64,000 bases of DNA, from NCBI RefSeq assembly GCF_036321535.1, contig NC_087472.1:101434001-101498000 (forward strand), written 5' to 3'. The notes under the pieces are model-generated. The model had not been told where the DNA came from and did not search any database. It saw nothing but the letters and a program-made list of their open reading frames with translations. How positions within the stretch are numbered: the stretch's first letter is position 1; the number at the start of each line of letters is the position of its first letter. A program made the position numbers and the translations under genes. This DNA comes from Camelus dromedarius (taxonomy: Eukaryota). Positions 1 through 12,720 of the stretch are shown here, piece after piece.

Positions 1-476
1 TCTTTTTTAACTGAAGTATAATTGACTTACAATATTATATTCAGGTATACAGCACAGTGTTTTGATATTTTTACACATTACACAATAGTCACCATGATAA
101 GTCTAGATACCATCAGTTGCTATACAAAGTTATTACAACATTATTGACCATATTCCCTGTGCTGTACATTATATACCCATTCCTTATTTATGTTATAACT
201 CCAAGTTTGTACCTCCTAATCTCCCTCAGCTATTTCACTCATGCCCCCAACCCCTCCTCTCTGGCAACCACCTGATTGTTCTCTGTACTAAAGACTCTGT
301 TTCAGTTTTGCTATGTTTGTTTATTTGTTTTGTTTTTTAGATTCCACATATGAATGAAGTCATATGATATTTATCTTTCTCCATCTGACTTATTTCACCT
401 AGCATAATACCCTCTTGGTCAATCCATGCTGTCCTAAATGACAAGAACTCATTCTCTTTATGGCTGAGTAGTATTC

Positions 477-536
<60 letters not shown>

Positions 537-632
537 AAACATCTTTATCCACTCATCTATTGATGGGCACTTAGATTGCTTCCATACTTGGCTATTGTAA
601 GTAATGCTGCAGTGAACATAGGGGTGCATGTG
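1..632 (-). mobile_element. LINE-1 3' end fragment (3' UTR and ORF2 C-terminus), antisense
   Basis: Begins with a T-run then aagtataattgacttacaat. Minus-strand translation gives KQSKCPSIDEWIKM and EKDKYHMTSFICGI, typical of the L1 3' end. Confidence 0.9.
479..536. repeat. Compound (TG)n(AG)n microsatellite inside L1
   Basis: Directly visible dinucleotide run. Confidence 0.97.
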
Positions 633-729
633 ATACAGTATCCTAACATATGTCCTCCTCAACTGAAACCCTGACATCTTGAAGCCTTCCAAAACGCTAA
701 GTTGCCAGGACCTCTAGGAGAAGGTAATT

Positions 730-892
730 GTCTTAGCTTGGGTTCCTCCCAAAATAGGGACTCTGAAATGGAGCTGTTTGGAGAGTTGGTTCGAGGAAAC
801 ACAGTAGGGGAGCAGGAAAGTGAAACAGGAAGGGAAGGCTGCCAATAAAGAATGTGATATCAAGCCAATTATTACTGTGGGCTACTGGCATT
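730..892 (-). mobile_element. ERVL-class solo LTR fragment (LTR16/LTR33-like)
   Basis: tcttagcttgggttcctccc...gtgaaacagggaagggaaggctgccaataaag matches the reverse complement of the LTR end seen at 29180-29320. Confidence 0.65.
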
Positions 893-2499
893 AGTAACCC
901 AGCACTCCTGGTCTGCCACATGGGAGGGCAGTGCAGACTTCAGGGGCCAGAAAAGGCAAAGAAATGCAGATTCTGGCAAATAGAAGTGGCAGGCTGGAAT
1001 GCACTGAAGTGGCAAGGACAAGGGAACACAGGCCAAACCCTGACTGTGTCTGTTACAATAACCCAGGCATCATTGGAAGTTGTGGCTACGTCTGCACTTC
1101 TGGGGATCAGGTGGTTGTCTTACAAGCCATACTGACAAGCTGTGATTTGTCATTTTGCAAATCATTTGAGTTGAGACAAATGTGATGGTTCTCCTTAAAT
1201 GGTAATTGCATTTTCCTGGAAATCAACACAGGTTTGTTTATATGCCACTTGGATGTTGCAGCACATAGCACACGCAGATCTTGAACATCTTGAAAAAGCA
1301 GTACAGGGACCCAGCACAAGTCTGTTCACAGACCTGCCCAGAGGACACCACATGGCATGTTATTTCCTCCTCTCAACTGCATGTCACCAACAAAGGAACC
1401 CTACATGTTAGAAATGGTGCTGTTCAGAGATCTCGCAGCAGGCTACAGACGTGAGATTTCTGTCAGTGGCAGGTCTGGCATCCTTTCTGCAGTGTGTCAG
1501 TGGCATGGATGAATACTCAGGATGGGGAAGGTTGCTATTTTAATTTACATGCTATTGCTACCGTTTTGGCTGGCTTACCCAGAATGCCCCGGATACCTAT
1601 TTGAATGGGAAGTGTTCCATATTTGCAAGACAGACCATCTTGTGGAAATTGGTGTTTTGTCACTCTCTTGAACAGTGTGAAGTTAGGAAAATGGCTTGTG
1701 TGTCTTGTTTGTGTTATAGAATTCTAGCATTTTTTCCTCCCTGTCTTTCTCTCTCAAGGGAGCTGAGAAAAGCCGAAAGGATCCTTTTTACCATTTCTTC
1801 AGAACCATCTAGCATGAAAAATACAACCTTCTGTTACACCTTAATTATTGTTTGCAAAAAGTAGGAGTAGTTTCATGCCATGATTTCTATATATTACTAA
1901 AATTGCTTGGCAGAAATTTGAAAGCTATCAGAAATCATTTTTGTTTTTGAAAATTTCTTCTTTTTATTTTTCTCTTGCAATAGTGGTAAATTAAACAAAA
2001 GTGATCCTTTGTCCAAGGCCCAATATGATGGTCTGATTTACTTGAGATATTTATTCTTAGAAGCCATATAATTTCCTTTATATTCTAACTATTTTTTATA
2101 TCATATTTCTATGAATTATTGAATTAACACATTATTCTTCATTTTGATATGTGAATTTTGCTTATAGAACACTCATATTGCCATATATAATATATTTGCA
2201 TATTTAAAATGATGAAAAGAAGCATTCAAAATTCCAACAAGAGTCTCATATAATTGCAGTGATGTAATAAAATATAATGCAATGAAAATGCAGTTTATCC
2301 CAAGGAAATGTTTGGCCAAATGCAAATGTCACTGTTTTCTGACCCTAATTTTCAAGCTACTATCTGACATTTACATTGTGTATCATTAAGAGCATACACA
2401 AGTGTATCATGTCTTTGGGGGACTAATTTTACATAAATTAGGTGTCTCTATGATTTCTTTGTATGATGGAGTATTCAGTGTATATTAGGAATGTCACGT

Positions 2500-3960
2500 A
2501 GATCATCCTTCCACACCCTCCTGCCCGCCCAACACCCATCACAAGAATGCTGGAAGTAAACTAGAATAAAGAGATTTAAGAGTTTTTCTGAGTCACTCTG
2601 AAAAAAATCAACAGCAGTTATTTCCAACAGTAAGACAAAGACCTCCCTCCTATTACTAACTCATAGTAACGCTGAAAAAACACATCACCAGAATTTAAAT
2701 AAATACATGAGCTCAGAAAAGGATAAAGGGCAATCCCCAAATGCCAGACAGGAAGAAAGGAACTATAGTCAGAGCAGTAAGGCCAAACAGGTACCACAGT
2801 GGACTATGAAGATTTCACACCCAGGTATGGGCCCCACAGGTGGGGACCTCTGTGGTACATGAAATGAGGCTCCAGACCTTGACAATGCAGGGGAGCTGCC
2901 ATCTCAGGCAGTTGTTCCATCCACGTTCTAAAAGGCAACTGGGAAGCTTGCTAGGGAAGCCACCCCAGCCCAGGGAAATTACGAGGAGGTTGGCATCTGG
3001 TCCCTTGGGTGGAAAGAAGTCATCTGCAGGAAATGAAAAACCCAGAACTGTGCCCTACTCTATGCTGAGTTTATATTCACTGTACCTGTGTGGCACAGGA
3101 AACCCAAGCCAAACAACTAACATCAAAATGTATCTAGAACCTTTGAAACCTGCAGAATTCCCAATTGAAACAAAAGTAAAACCACTCCACAGATACTTTC
3201 TCAAAACTATTGATTCACGGGACTCCAGGAAAAAAAAACATGCTAAAGAGAAACTCACAATAAAAGATTATGAATGTATATAAAACAATGCACCGATTGT
3301 GAGGGACAGTTAGAAAGCTCAGCAAACAAGAGAATTAGCACCCCAAATTGTATATAGTAGAGTAATCTTAAAGACACTCTAACATAAGTATATTTTACAT
3401 AGTTAAAGACTTAAAAGCAAGAAACCAAAATGAAACCCAAAATAATATTTTAAAAAAAGCCCAGAGACCCTTGAATGAGAACCAGAGTTTCTAGTAATGA
3501 AAGATAGAGGCATGGAAATTAGTCAACAAGTTAAATAGTAGTCTAGACAATGGTGAAAAGAAAATTAGTGAACTAAATGATGTACATGAGGAAATTACCC
3601 AAAATGTGGCACACAGTTGGAGATTGGGGGGAGCAGGTAGAGAGAGAGGAGAGAGAGAAGAGAGATAGAAATGAACTATGAGAGTAATTTAGAGGAAGTT
3701 CCAGTGTATGTCTAATCAGATCTTCAGGATGGAAAATTAAAGAGAAATGGGAGAGAAGCAAGCAATATCCCAAAAGGTAATGGCAGAAAATTTTCTAGAA
3801 CTAAAAAAAGACACGAGTTTTTAGACTAAAAGCATACCGTGTCCCAAGTAAGATAAACTAAAATAAATCCACACATAGAAAAAATGTAAAGCTAACAGAG
3901 TATTCCAGCAGAGGAGAAAATGTCAAAAGAAACCAGAGAGTAGGGAAAATAACCCCAAAT
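2500..3960 (+). mobile_element. Old L1/HAL1 5' UTR-ORF1 remnant
   Basis: A-rich sense strand with ORF1-like motifs (gaaaattagtgaact..gaggaaattacccaaaatg; gcagaaaattttctagaac; cccaagtaagataaac..aaatccacac). Confidence 0.6.
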
Positions 3961-4087
3961 AGCCTGCACAAGAATCATACAAATTATAATCCAGTCATGT
4001 GACCAAACCTAACTGCAAAAGATGCTGTGTGTTCGAGAAGACAAGAATGTGACTTTTGGAGATCAGATATCATCTCTACAACATGTA

Positions 4088-4435
4088 CAGTTGACCCTCT
4101 GTATCTGCAGGTTTCGCATCTTTGGATTAAACCAACTGTGGATGAAAGAAATATTTGAAAAAAATTCCAGAAAGTTCCAAAAAGCAAAACTTGAATTTGC
4201 AGCACACTGGCAACTATTTACGTAGCATTTACATTGTATTTACAGCTATTTACATAACATTTGCATTGTGTTAGGTATTATAAGTAATTTAGAGATGATT
4301 TAAAGTAGATAGGAGGATGTGCATAAGTTATATGGAAATACTGTGCCATTTTATGTAAGGGACTTGAGCATCCGCGGATGTTGGTATCCTCAGGGTTCCT
4401 GGAACCAGTCCCCCAGGAATACTAAGGGCCGACTT
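4088..4435. mobile_element. MER2-like Tigger (TcMar) non-autonomous DNA transposon
   Basis: TA followed by cagttgaccctctgtatc at the left end, degenerate inverted end actaagggccgactta at the right, and a characteristic MER2 body. Confidence 0.85.
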
Positions 4436-4489
4436 AATTATCACCTTAATTAACACCTGAGTGTTGAGCTCAGATCTATTGGAAAAGGG

Positions 4490-5005
4490 AGGAAGGATGC
4501 TCTTGGGAAATGAAGCCTTTCTCACTATCCTCAAATCATGGGAATCACTACTCAAAGCACATGAACTTTCTTCTCTGATATTATTTTGGCTTTACTGTTG
4601 TAAATGATGGTGAAGGAATTCTCACACCTAGATTTAACATAACATGTTCTAGAAATGAATCCTGTCCAACTTAAGCTCACAGAGAAGGGTAAAAATTTGG
4701 GTTTGTTTCTCAAACAGTGAGCTGAGCCCCTGGCCAATGCACCAAGAGTAACCAGGGTCTCATTTGTGTGTGACATGTAACAGAAACTCAGCAAAAACCA
4801 TGTTGAATCCATTCATTGATCATTTCAGGCTCCTGTTGATCCACTAGCAACCTGCTTAAGATGTGATTGTTCGCTTCCATCCAATTGGCCATGATTTGTT
4901 TGTACAGAAATGATGATCTTGGCTAACCCCTTTGCTGAAATCTAGATACACAGTCTATGGCCTTTCCCTGGTTTAACAGTTTGATAGCCCTATCAAAAAA
5001 GTTAA
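4490..5005 (-). mobile_element. CR1/L3 LINE reverse transcriptase fragment
   Basis: The minus strand of ~4930-5003 reads NFFDRAIKLLNQGKAID, frameshift, VYLDFSK. This matches the CR1-clade RT motif FFD..LVD.G.AVD.VYLDFSKAFD. The left boundary is approximate. Confidence 0.7.
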
Positions 5006-5007
5006 CT

Positions 5008-5950
5008 GGCACAAGCTAACAAAGCTTAAGTTTCAAGGCCCCCCACCTGTACAGGCCCCTTCCAGGACCTTGGAAGAGGCCCTAGCAATGTGTTCACATA
5101 TCATGTATTTTTGCAAAATTTGCTAAAAATGAGATGTTCTGACCACAATCCACTAAGTCCTCTGTCTCAAGTTCTTCCCCTCTGTCATACTTCTCTTCAA
5201 GTCTGCTGGTGTTGAAGTAGCCATGGATATTTTTGAGATCAGGATGAGGGTAGTTTGAGATGGGGGTACACTTAGTTTTTTCTTAGTGGTAAGTATTTAT
5301 GTGGTTATGGTGACTTCTGTATATAGTTTATTTATTACTAGCCACCCCATTGTAAGGGTGTCTCTGAAATCCTTCTACTACCTACTGTGCCGACACATGC
5401 AGCATTGTGACACAAAGACTCAGGACACCATGCGACTCCTGTCCATAATGAGATATCAACAGGACCTACAGCACCTAGTACCCGAGATATGTGGGTAGTG
5501 GATGAAGGTTTAGAAGCGTTGAATGCTTGATGTTATAGACAGCTCTTCGCATCAACAGACACAAGTGGAAGATTCAGTTCTCATTGATGCCTAATCAAAA
5601 TGGAAGTTCTTCTGACAGGGATATCCTGGATGTGTTGGGTTGAATAGTGTCCCCCAAAACTCAAGTCCACCTGGAACCTCAGAATGGGACCTTTTTTGGA
5701 AATAGGGTGCTCACAGATATAATTAAGATGAGGTTAACTAATACAAAATATTATCTTCTACTGATTTCTGTTCAGGATATTTGCCATATTTTTTTTGAAA
5801 CTTGCAATTTGTTGCAAGTTTTATCATTCTAAGTAAATATTTATGTTTGTGCTTGATTTTGCATTTACTATATTGTATGCTTTTTTAAACCATCTTCCTG
5901 CACCAAATTCTGTAAAGCTTCAGGCCCAAAAAACCTGGTCCGTACTTGGG
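5008..5950. mobile_element. Arthur1/MER69-like hAT-Tip100 DNA transposon, interrupted by an MLT1 fragment
   Basis: Left end aagcttaagtttcaaggcccc..ggccctagcaatgtgttcacat and right end aagcttcaggcccaaaaaacctggtccg resemble Arthur1 termini. Confidence 0.65.
5630..5735 (+). mobile_element. MLT1B/C-like MaLR LTR 5' fragment
   Basis: tgtgttgggttgaatagtgtcccccaaaa..gaacctcagaatg..tttggaaataggg..attaagatgaggt. Confidence 0.75.
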
Positions 5951-6151
5951 CATGAAAAACTAACTAGTTTTTGCATCAGCATCTGTTCACAGCATGGTTT
6001 TCAGAAATCTATCAGCAAGTTAAGCCTTCTGGAAACTTATATCGTAAGTGAACCCAGTAGTCTCTAGATTTAACAGCTATCCTGCACAAACAGGATTTTC
6101 ATGAGGTCGTGTAAACAGCTCGAAAATTGCTTGTGCTTCTTATGGTTTCTC

Positions 6152-6363
6152 AACAGCAGTTCAAATGGCATCTTGGGTGGGACAGAAGTTTAGTGTTCCA
6201 GACTGTCCCATGTGCTGCAGAATATTTGGCATCCCTGACCCCCCACCCACTAGATGCCAGCAACAGGCTCCCATCTTTGACAATCAGAATCATCCTCAAA
6301 CATCTCCAGCCTTCCCCTAGGCTTGTTGTTAGGGAGGTGTACTGTCCCTATTGAGAACTGCTG
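6152..6363. mobile_element. MER20-like hAT-Charlie element (diverged)
   Basis: cccactagatgccagca..ttgagaactgctg, in opposite orientation to the MER20 at 6588. Confidence 0.6.
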
Positions 6364-6587
6364 CTATGGTAGATGGCCCTGAGATAGTCTTTGTAAATCC
6401 CATTTTATCAGATTAAAGTCAAATTAGAATGTAGCATGAGGGCATGGCCCCTTGCTCTATCTCACTTAGAGGGCAGACCCTCCCCAGCTCTTCCAAATCA
6501 GCCCCTCTCCCCCACAAGTGAGGGCTGGGAAGCATCTTGAAAAAGTTCCCTGTGTGATTCTGATATCCCCTGAAATTTGAGAACACT

Positions 6588-6801
6588 AGTTCTCCAAAGA
6601 TAGTGATTTTGTCCCCTGGGGACACCTGGCAGTGTCTGGAGACATTTTTGGTTGTCACAACAGGGGAGTGGGTGCTACTGGCATCTAGTGAGTGGAGGCC
6701 AGGGATGTTGCTGAACATCCTGCAACACATAGAACAGCTCCCCCTACAGCAAAGAATAATCCAGCCCAAAATATCAGTAGTACCAAGGTTGAGAAACCCT
6801 G
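6588..6801. mobile_element. MER20 hAT-Charlie element, preceded by a MER5-like fragment (~6500-6590)
   Basis: Full MER20 body tgtctggagacatttttggttgtcacaa..ctactggcatctagtgagtggaggccaggga..gttgagaaaccctg, followed by the atctagac target. Confidence 0.9.
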
Positions 6802-7165
6802 ATCTAGACATTAGGTGGGTCCCTGAAATAGCCTAAGTCCCATTTTAATAAATAAAGTTCTATTTTAACAGCATTGAGAGACTTGGGTCCACCAAACTCT
6901 CTGGCTTTCAACCAGCTGACTTGCCTGGGAAGCACAAGTAGTGTGCCTGGGGCATTCCTGTCATCCCCTGAATTGTTGGTAACTCTCTGGCTTTGCTCCC
7001 CATCCCTTTCCCTCATCTATCAGGTTGCCCCAGCCCTTCTCAGATCCAACATGGTTGGTCTGAGCCCCCGGGGAATCCTGGTCTCTCTTATCCTCTTTAG
7101 GTACATATGACACAGCCAGACTGTAAGCACTTACCAGACTATTTCTTGTAGGATATACAGGAATC

Positions 7166-7500
7166 TTACATTTCCCAGCTTCCCTTGCAGTTAACCATAT
7201 GACTGAGTGCTGGCCCACGAAATGTGGGTAGAAGTGACACTTGTCCTTTTCCTGGCTGGCTTGGCTCTGGGGTGGCTGGGAAGGCATCCAGAAGGGCCCT
7301 ATAGAGGAAAGCCAACTGTAGCCTTGATGCTGGCTGGTGAGCCCAGCAGAGGAGGTGCTGCCCAGGGCAGAGTGACCCCAGGGCGGAGGGCTGCAAGGTG
7401 AACCCCAGGCTGGGGGCCTAGGGGGTCCTAGTTGGACTTCCGGGTGATACATAGCCCATATAAGAGCCAGGAGAGAAGGTGTGGGGTCCTGACTACCTGC
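7166..7500 (+). mobile_element. Old MLT1 (J-like) MaLR LTR fragment
   Basis: tacatttcccagcttcccttgcagtta..tgactgagtgctggcccacgaaatgtgggtagaagtga. Confidence 0.55.
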
Positions 7501-7915
7501 GTCCTATAATTTTTCCAGCAGCAGAGACAGTAGAGTGAACAGGGGCAAAAGGACAGTGACATCATTGCTATTGAGGCCTGCAAGGACCCGAAGAATGTCA
7601 CAAGGACATGGTAGGTCTCTGACTCCCTGCCCACACCCCCATCCCTTGAGGATGCTGGGTGGAGCTCAAAAAGGGACTTTTCTCAGATTTTTCCCCCAGT
7701 TTTTATTTCTAAAGTTGTTAAACATTAAGAAAAGCTGAAGGAATAATGCAGTGATCACCTGTAAACTCTTCACCAAGTGTCACCTAACATTTCTCCTAGC
7801 ATTATTCCATTATTTATGCTCTCTCCTTCTCCCTCTCCCTCTCTCCTTCCTCTTGCTAAAACATTTAAAGTAAGTAGCATAATGTGCATTATAATCCATT
7901 TCTGTCATTAGTCTT

Positions 7916-8530
7916 TGTAGTGGTTAATTTTATATGTCAACTTGACTGGGCTAGGGATGCCAAGATACCTGATAAAATACTATTTCTGGAAGAAATTAGC
8001 ATTTGAATCAATAGACTGAGTAAAGAAGACCCTTGTCACCAATGCTGGTGGGCATCATCCCTGAGGGCCTGAATAAAACAAAAAGTTAAACGCAAGCTTG
8101 CTCTCTCTGCATGAGGTGCGACACCCATCTCCTGCTCTCAGACGTCCATTCTCCTGGTTCTTAGGCTTTCAGACTCAGACCAGGACTTACACCCTAGAAC
8201 CTCCCTGGTTCTCAGGCCTTCACTCTTGAGTTGAATTCCACCACCAGCTTTCCTGGGTCTCCAGCTTTCACATGGCAGATTGTTGGGCTTCTTGGTCTCC
8301 ATAATCACGTGGACCAGCTCCTACAATTAATATCTTACTGATCTGTCTGTCTTTCCTATTGGTCTGTTTCTCTGGCTAACCCTGACTGATACGGATTTGG
8401 GTACTGAAAGTGGTTCTAGAGGAACAGAATTTTAAGGATGAGTTTTCTGAATTGGTTCTGGGATTTCTGGAATTGGCTTTCTAAGCTGATTAAAGATGCT
8501 AATGACTCTATTACTAGTAGTAAAGAGAGT
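7916..8530 (+). mobile_element. MLT2 (ERVL) LTR, 7916-8393, with contiguous start of ERVL internal sequence
   Basis: The LTR begins tgtagtggttaattttatatgtcaacttgactgggc and ends aaccctgactgatac. It is followed directly by a degenerate tRNA-Leu PBS (gatttgggtactgaaagtgg) and an ERVL leader. Confidence 0.8.
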
Positions 8531-10074
8531 GAATATAATTTTGTTACATATTGCCAAACTCCCCTGCATAGTGGCTGTACTACCATTTTTCACTTTCACT
8601 AGCAGCGTAGAAGAGGGCCTGTTTCCACACAGCCTTGCCAGCAGTGTATCAAGCTTTTGGATTTTAGCTCAATGGATGGGTGTGAAATGTCTCAGTGTAG
8701 TTTTAACTTGTGAGTGAGGTTGAGCGTATTTTCTTATATTTAAGAATCATTGTTCATATTCTTCTGTGGACTGTCTGTATTTGTCCATTTTTTAAATTTT
8801 GCTTTTGGTCTTTTTCTTCTTGATCTTTAAGAGCTCTTTATATATGTGAGGGAGAAAAAGCCTTTTTTAAACTGAAAAGGAAGTTTTAAAACTGGGGCAG
8901 ATAAAGACATGATCAATTAAAAAGTCAAACTTGCTCTGCTGCTAAGCAGGAGGGAATATGACAATGATTAGGTCAAATACAGAAAAATAAGTAAGATGGT
9001 TTTTAATTTATTTTTTTTCCACATGGAAGTCTAGTGTGAACAGAGCTGTGATACACTACATATGGCTCCAGAAGAATTTAAAATCAAATGTGCTTTCCCC
9101 CGGACTTCCTGAAAGTGAGACCAGTTGCTGATATATGTAGCAAATGTGCCAACCAGCTCCTTTCTTAAGAACATGATGATGATATGATCTCAGAAAGAAA
9201 ACTCCCCAAAAATAAGACACATTTCTGGTTTTTAGAGACGTTAACTGGTGGCACGATTAGAGGATAGCTATTTGAGTATCTCAAAAGCCAGGTGTTTCAT
9301 AACTAGCAGTAACACTCTCTTGGCCCTAATTTGAATTTGGGGGGTATGTTTAAAGTAGAAAATAGCAATAGAAAAAATGTGGAACTCAAACTATTGTCTC
9401 TAGATAAACATCTTGCAGCAATGATAACTTGAGAATGTTCTGAACTCAGAGAGTTTGAATGCTCTCAGGCCGTGTCTGCACGGGCATTCTGTTTGATGGG
9501 AAATAAAGGGAGAGGAAAATAAATCAACCACTCTAAGGAGAGGCAGCTTGATTCTTTCCTTGAGTCTTTGCTGTGGCTGAGGTGTTCTCCAAGAGGAGAG
9601 GCGAGTGGGACAGGTCCTGGAGAGACTGATTCAAGCTCCCTTCTCCACCTTAGAAACAGATACCTCTGGAGACAGCCCTGCGAAACAGCCCTTGCAGGGA
9701 TACTCAGCCGGCTGCCCAAGCCGACTCTGTCAGTGAGTGAGAGGAAATAGGAAGCAGGGAGTCCAGAGAGGGAATGATAACGGCACTTTCAATGGCATGA
9801 TGGACAAAACCTGACTGGAGTGGGATCGAAAAAGAGGTGAGTAAGTGAAGATGGCAAATGTAGACCCCTCATTCTAGGGCTTTGGGTGAAAAGGGGAGTA
9901 GAACATTGGGGCAGTCAGTGGCAGTGGATGTAAAGTTGAGGGAAGTACGTGTGTTTTTGAAGTTTTGAAGGCTTCACAGCATGTTTGTAAGCTGGTACCG
10001 TGTCCTCCAGGACAGAGGGGACATTGGTGAGAGAAAGGCTGGGCTAAGTCCTTGAGGAGGCAAGTGCGTACAAC

Positions 10075-11010
10075 TGGCATCCTGGCCTGTAACCTGTGCA
10101 GGTGCCCAGGGCCCCATGCTCAGAAAGGCCTGTGCTCGGTTTAGGTCTGTCTTGTCACCGTCTTGAAATTCTTGATCATTTTAACCTTTGTAAATAGAGT
10201 CTAATGAAGCACAGGAGCATGTGCCAGGGGCTTGGAGCCTCGGCTCACACACAGCCCTGCCTCCTCCGTCTCCCTGGGATAGGTTCTTAGACACCTGCTG
10301 ACCTGCCCCCTGGTGCCCCAGGTCCCACCTGGCTTCCCACCCTGCCCACCCCAGTCCCTGCCTTGGATGGCGGAGGGGTCATGTTGCAGGGGAGAGGAAG
10401 AGGGGTCCCATTTCTTCTGTCTTCTTCCACTACCAGGAGGCCCTGGGGACTTGGTTTTGGAGCTCAGGCTCCCACACCCTGGGGAGTTTCAGGGCAGACT
10501 GGTGGTAGCCGTCTTGTCCCAGGGTTGGCATTGCCATGACATGTCCAGGGAGCTTAACAGAGGCTGCATCTTAGTGGGGACAGGCCTGTTACCCACTGCC
10601 AATCCAGGTACCTAGTGTGCCCTGGCGCACAGGTTTATATATTTGAGGGTCATCCGTCTGCCTTGGATTGCAGAGACACACCCATAGGAAGCTGGTCTGG
10701 ACGTCCTCAGAGCTTATCCCCATCTCAGTGCAGTGGGTCCACATGGTGGCTGTGGAAGGGGAAACCCAGCAGCCATCAGGCCAAAGTGTGTGGAGTCAAA
10801 TTTATGCTAATAATTTAAACTGTTTATTTTTCTCTTTACCTAGAACAACATTAAATAGCAAATAAAAGTACCATGACAAATCAAGAGAGAGAGAGAGTGA
10901 GGAAGAAAGGAAAAAGCTTTATATCTGAGTACCTTTTCCTCTGATTTTCAAACAAGGTGCCCATAATTTGTGGGGCCCACTTTACATTGGGCCCCACAAA
11001 TTATGTATTG
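10075..11010. mobile_element. MER45 long-form (MER45B/C-like) hAT-Tip100 element
   Basis: Left end cagggccccatgctcagaaagg..gtcttgaaattcttga; right end ttgggccccacaaattatgta. Both ends resemble the short copy at 14410. Confidence 0.7.
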
Positions 11011-11404
11011 AATACCTACTCTATGCCAGGCACTGCACTAGATTTTTTTCATGTCAGTGATCTCATCTGATTCTCCTGGTAATTCTGCCCTCATGACACT
11101 GCCCTTAGAGCCAAGGAAGAGCTTCCTTGAGTGAGCACGATGGTTAAGGAGGGACAGGAAATGAGGCAATATCTTGAGATGAGCCTTTATCTTAATATCA
11201 GCTCTTATCAACTTTAGTAGCCAGCTGCTAATCTCCAAAGAGTTCTGTTTGTAAAATTTTTCTGTTAAAAAATGTATAAGGGCTCAGATTTTTGGAGCAG
11301 CAAGGGGGTTTTGCAGGTGGCAAGGTGCTGTGAGATCCAGAACGTTAGATGTTCATAGTCAGAAGGGCAGGATGGCCTGATCTACCTTCCCTTCTCTCCC
11401 GTGG

Positions 11405-11851
11405 GATGCTGGGAATTGTTGAACAACCAGCTCTTAGTAAAAATTAAAAATCTGGTTTGTAGCATTTGCCAATTTCCGTGGTGTAAATCCTCCCTCCATG
11501 GCTGATTTCAAGCGACCAACGTGATGAGGGGTCAGGGAGGGGCAGCAAAGGATGATATAGTATTTCCATCGTCCAGCCACGAGACACTAAAGACCCTCAG
11601 AAGCATAGATAATAGAAAATATAATAAAATGAAAGTAAATGATGAGCACTAAATGTTTAGTACCTTTGTTTTTAATATTTTTATATAGCTATATAGTTAT
11701 TCAATTTACTTTTTAATAATGGCAGTATTTAAAGTAACTAGCTCACACAATTCCTGAAAGCTGAACAATCAGCTTTTGTGAGCCAGTGTGGGCAGATATG
11801 AGCCAATATGAGCTGGTATGAACCAGCACAGGCCAGCTCTAGAGCATTGCT
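11405..11851. mobile_element. MER63-like hAT-Blackjack element
   Basis: aacaaccagctc..ggtttgtagcatttgccaatttccgtggtgtaaat..ccatggctgatttcaag..attcctgaaagctgaacaatcagc. Confidence 0.75.
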
Positions 11852-12529
11852 GCTTGTAGGAGCCGAGCCAGCGAGGAGGGCGAAGTGTGTTTGTGTGAGC
11901 TCCAGGAGGCTGGTGCCAAGGAGGTAGGATGCTGGGGTTCCTGTGTCAGGGCTTTAGCCATGGGCCTGTCCCACTTACTCCCACTGTGTCCACCTTCCTT
12001 TCCAGTTGCTCTGAAGAGCTGTCTAGATCTTTCTTGCTCCTTTCTCCAGCTCTTGCCCAGCTCCTCCCCCAAGTCCCAAGCTCAGCTCATAGGGAACCAC
12101 TTCTGCCCTGCCCATAGCTGGAAGGGCTTTAGAAGCCCCATCTCCAAGGAGAGGCATGAGCCTAATCCTGGGGCTGAAGAAGGCTTCCTTTCCCTTGGGC
12201 CATTTTTCTTTCTTGCCATGCACATCCCAGAGCAGAGACAGAACCCCAGAGTGGGAAGGGCCCTAGGAAGCTGCTAGGTGCCTGCCCATTTTACAGATCT
12301 GGAAATGGAGCCCCAGAGAATTCAAGGGGTCTTGCCCTGGGTGCACTGCACGCCTGTAGACCTGGAGGATCTTGGCAAGCTGCACGTCTTTTCCCACACA
12401 CAGTCCATACAGGTTTTGAGTGTCAGTTCTGTACCAGGCAGCATACCAGGTGCTGAAGACTCGCCAGCAACAAGCCTGCCATGGCGCCTGTGTAGGGGGC
12501 GAGGAGTTCACTTTGGACGTGTCAAATAA

Positions 12530-12720
12530 GAGGCAGTTTCAAACCAACCTTGGTCGGAATCTTGGCTGTGCTATTTAGAAGCTGCATGACAAGTCACTTC
12601 AACTCTCTGAGCCTCAGTTTCCTCTTTTTTATATGGAGAATGTGGCACTTCTTGGGGGGTTGTTATAAGACTTTAATGGGGTGAAGTAAGTGCCTGGCCT
12701 GGAGTAAGAGTTTACTGTAT
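12530..12720 (+). mobile_element. MIR SINE
   Basis: Core caagtcacttcaactctctgagcctcagtttcctc. Confidence 0.75.

Noticed and set aside
11780..11840. Short tgagcc/tgagct repeats resembling an array
   Set aside because: Irregular ~10-bp units within the end of the MER63-like element. Not CRISPR-like, and the DNA is eukaryotic.
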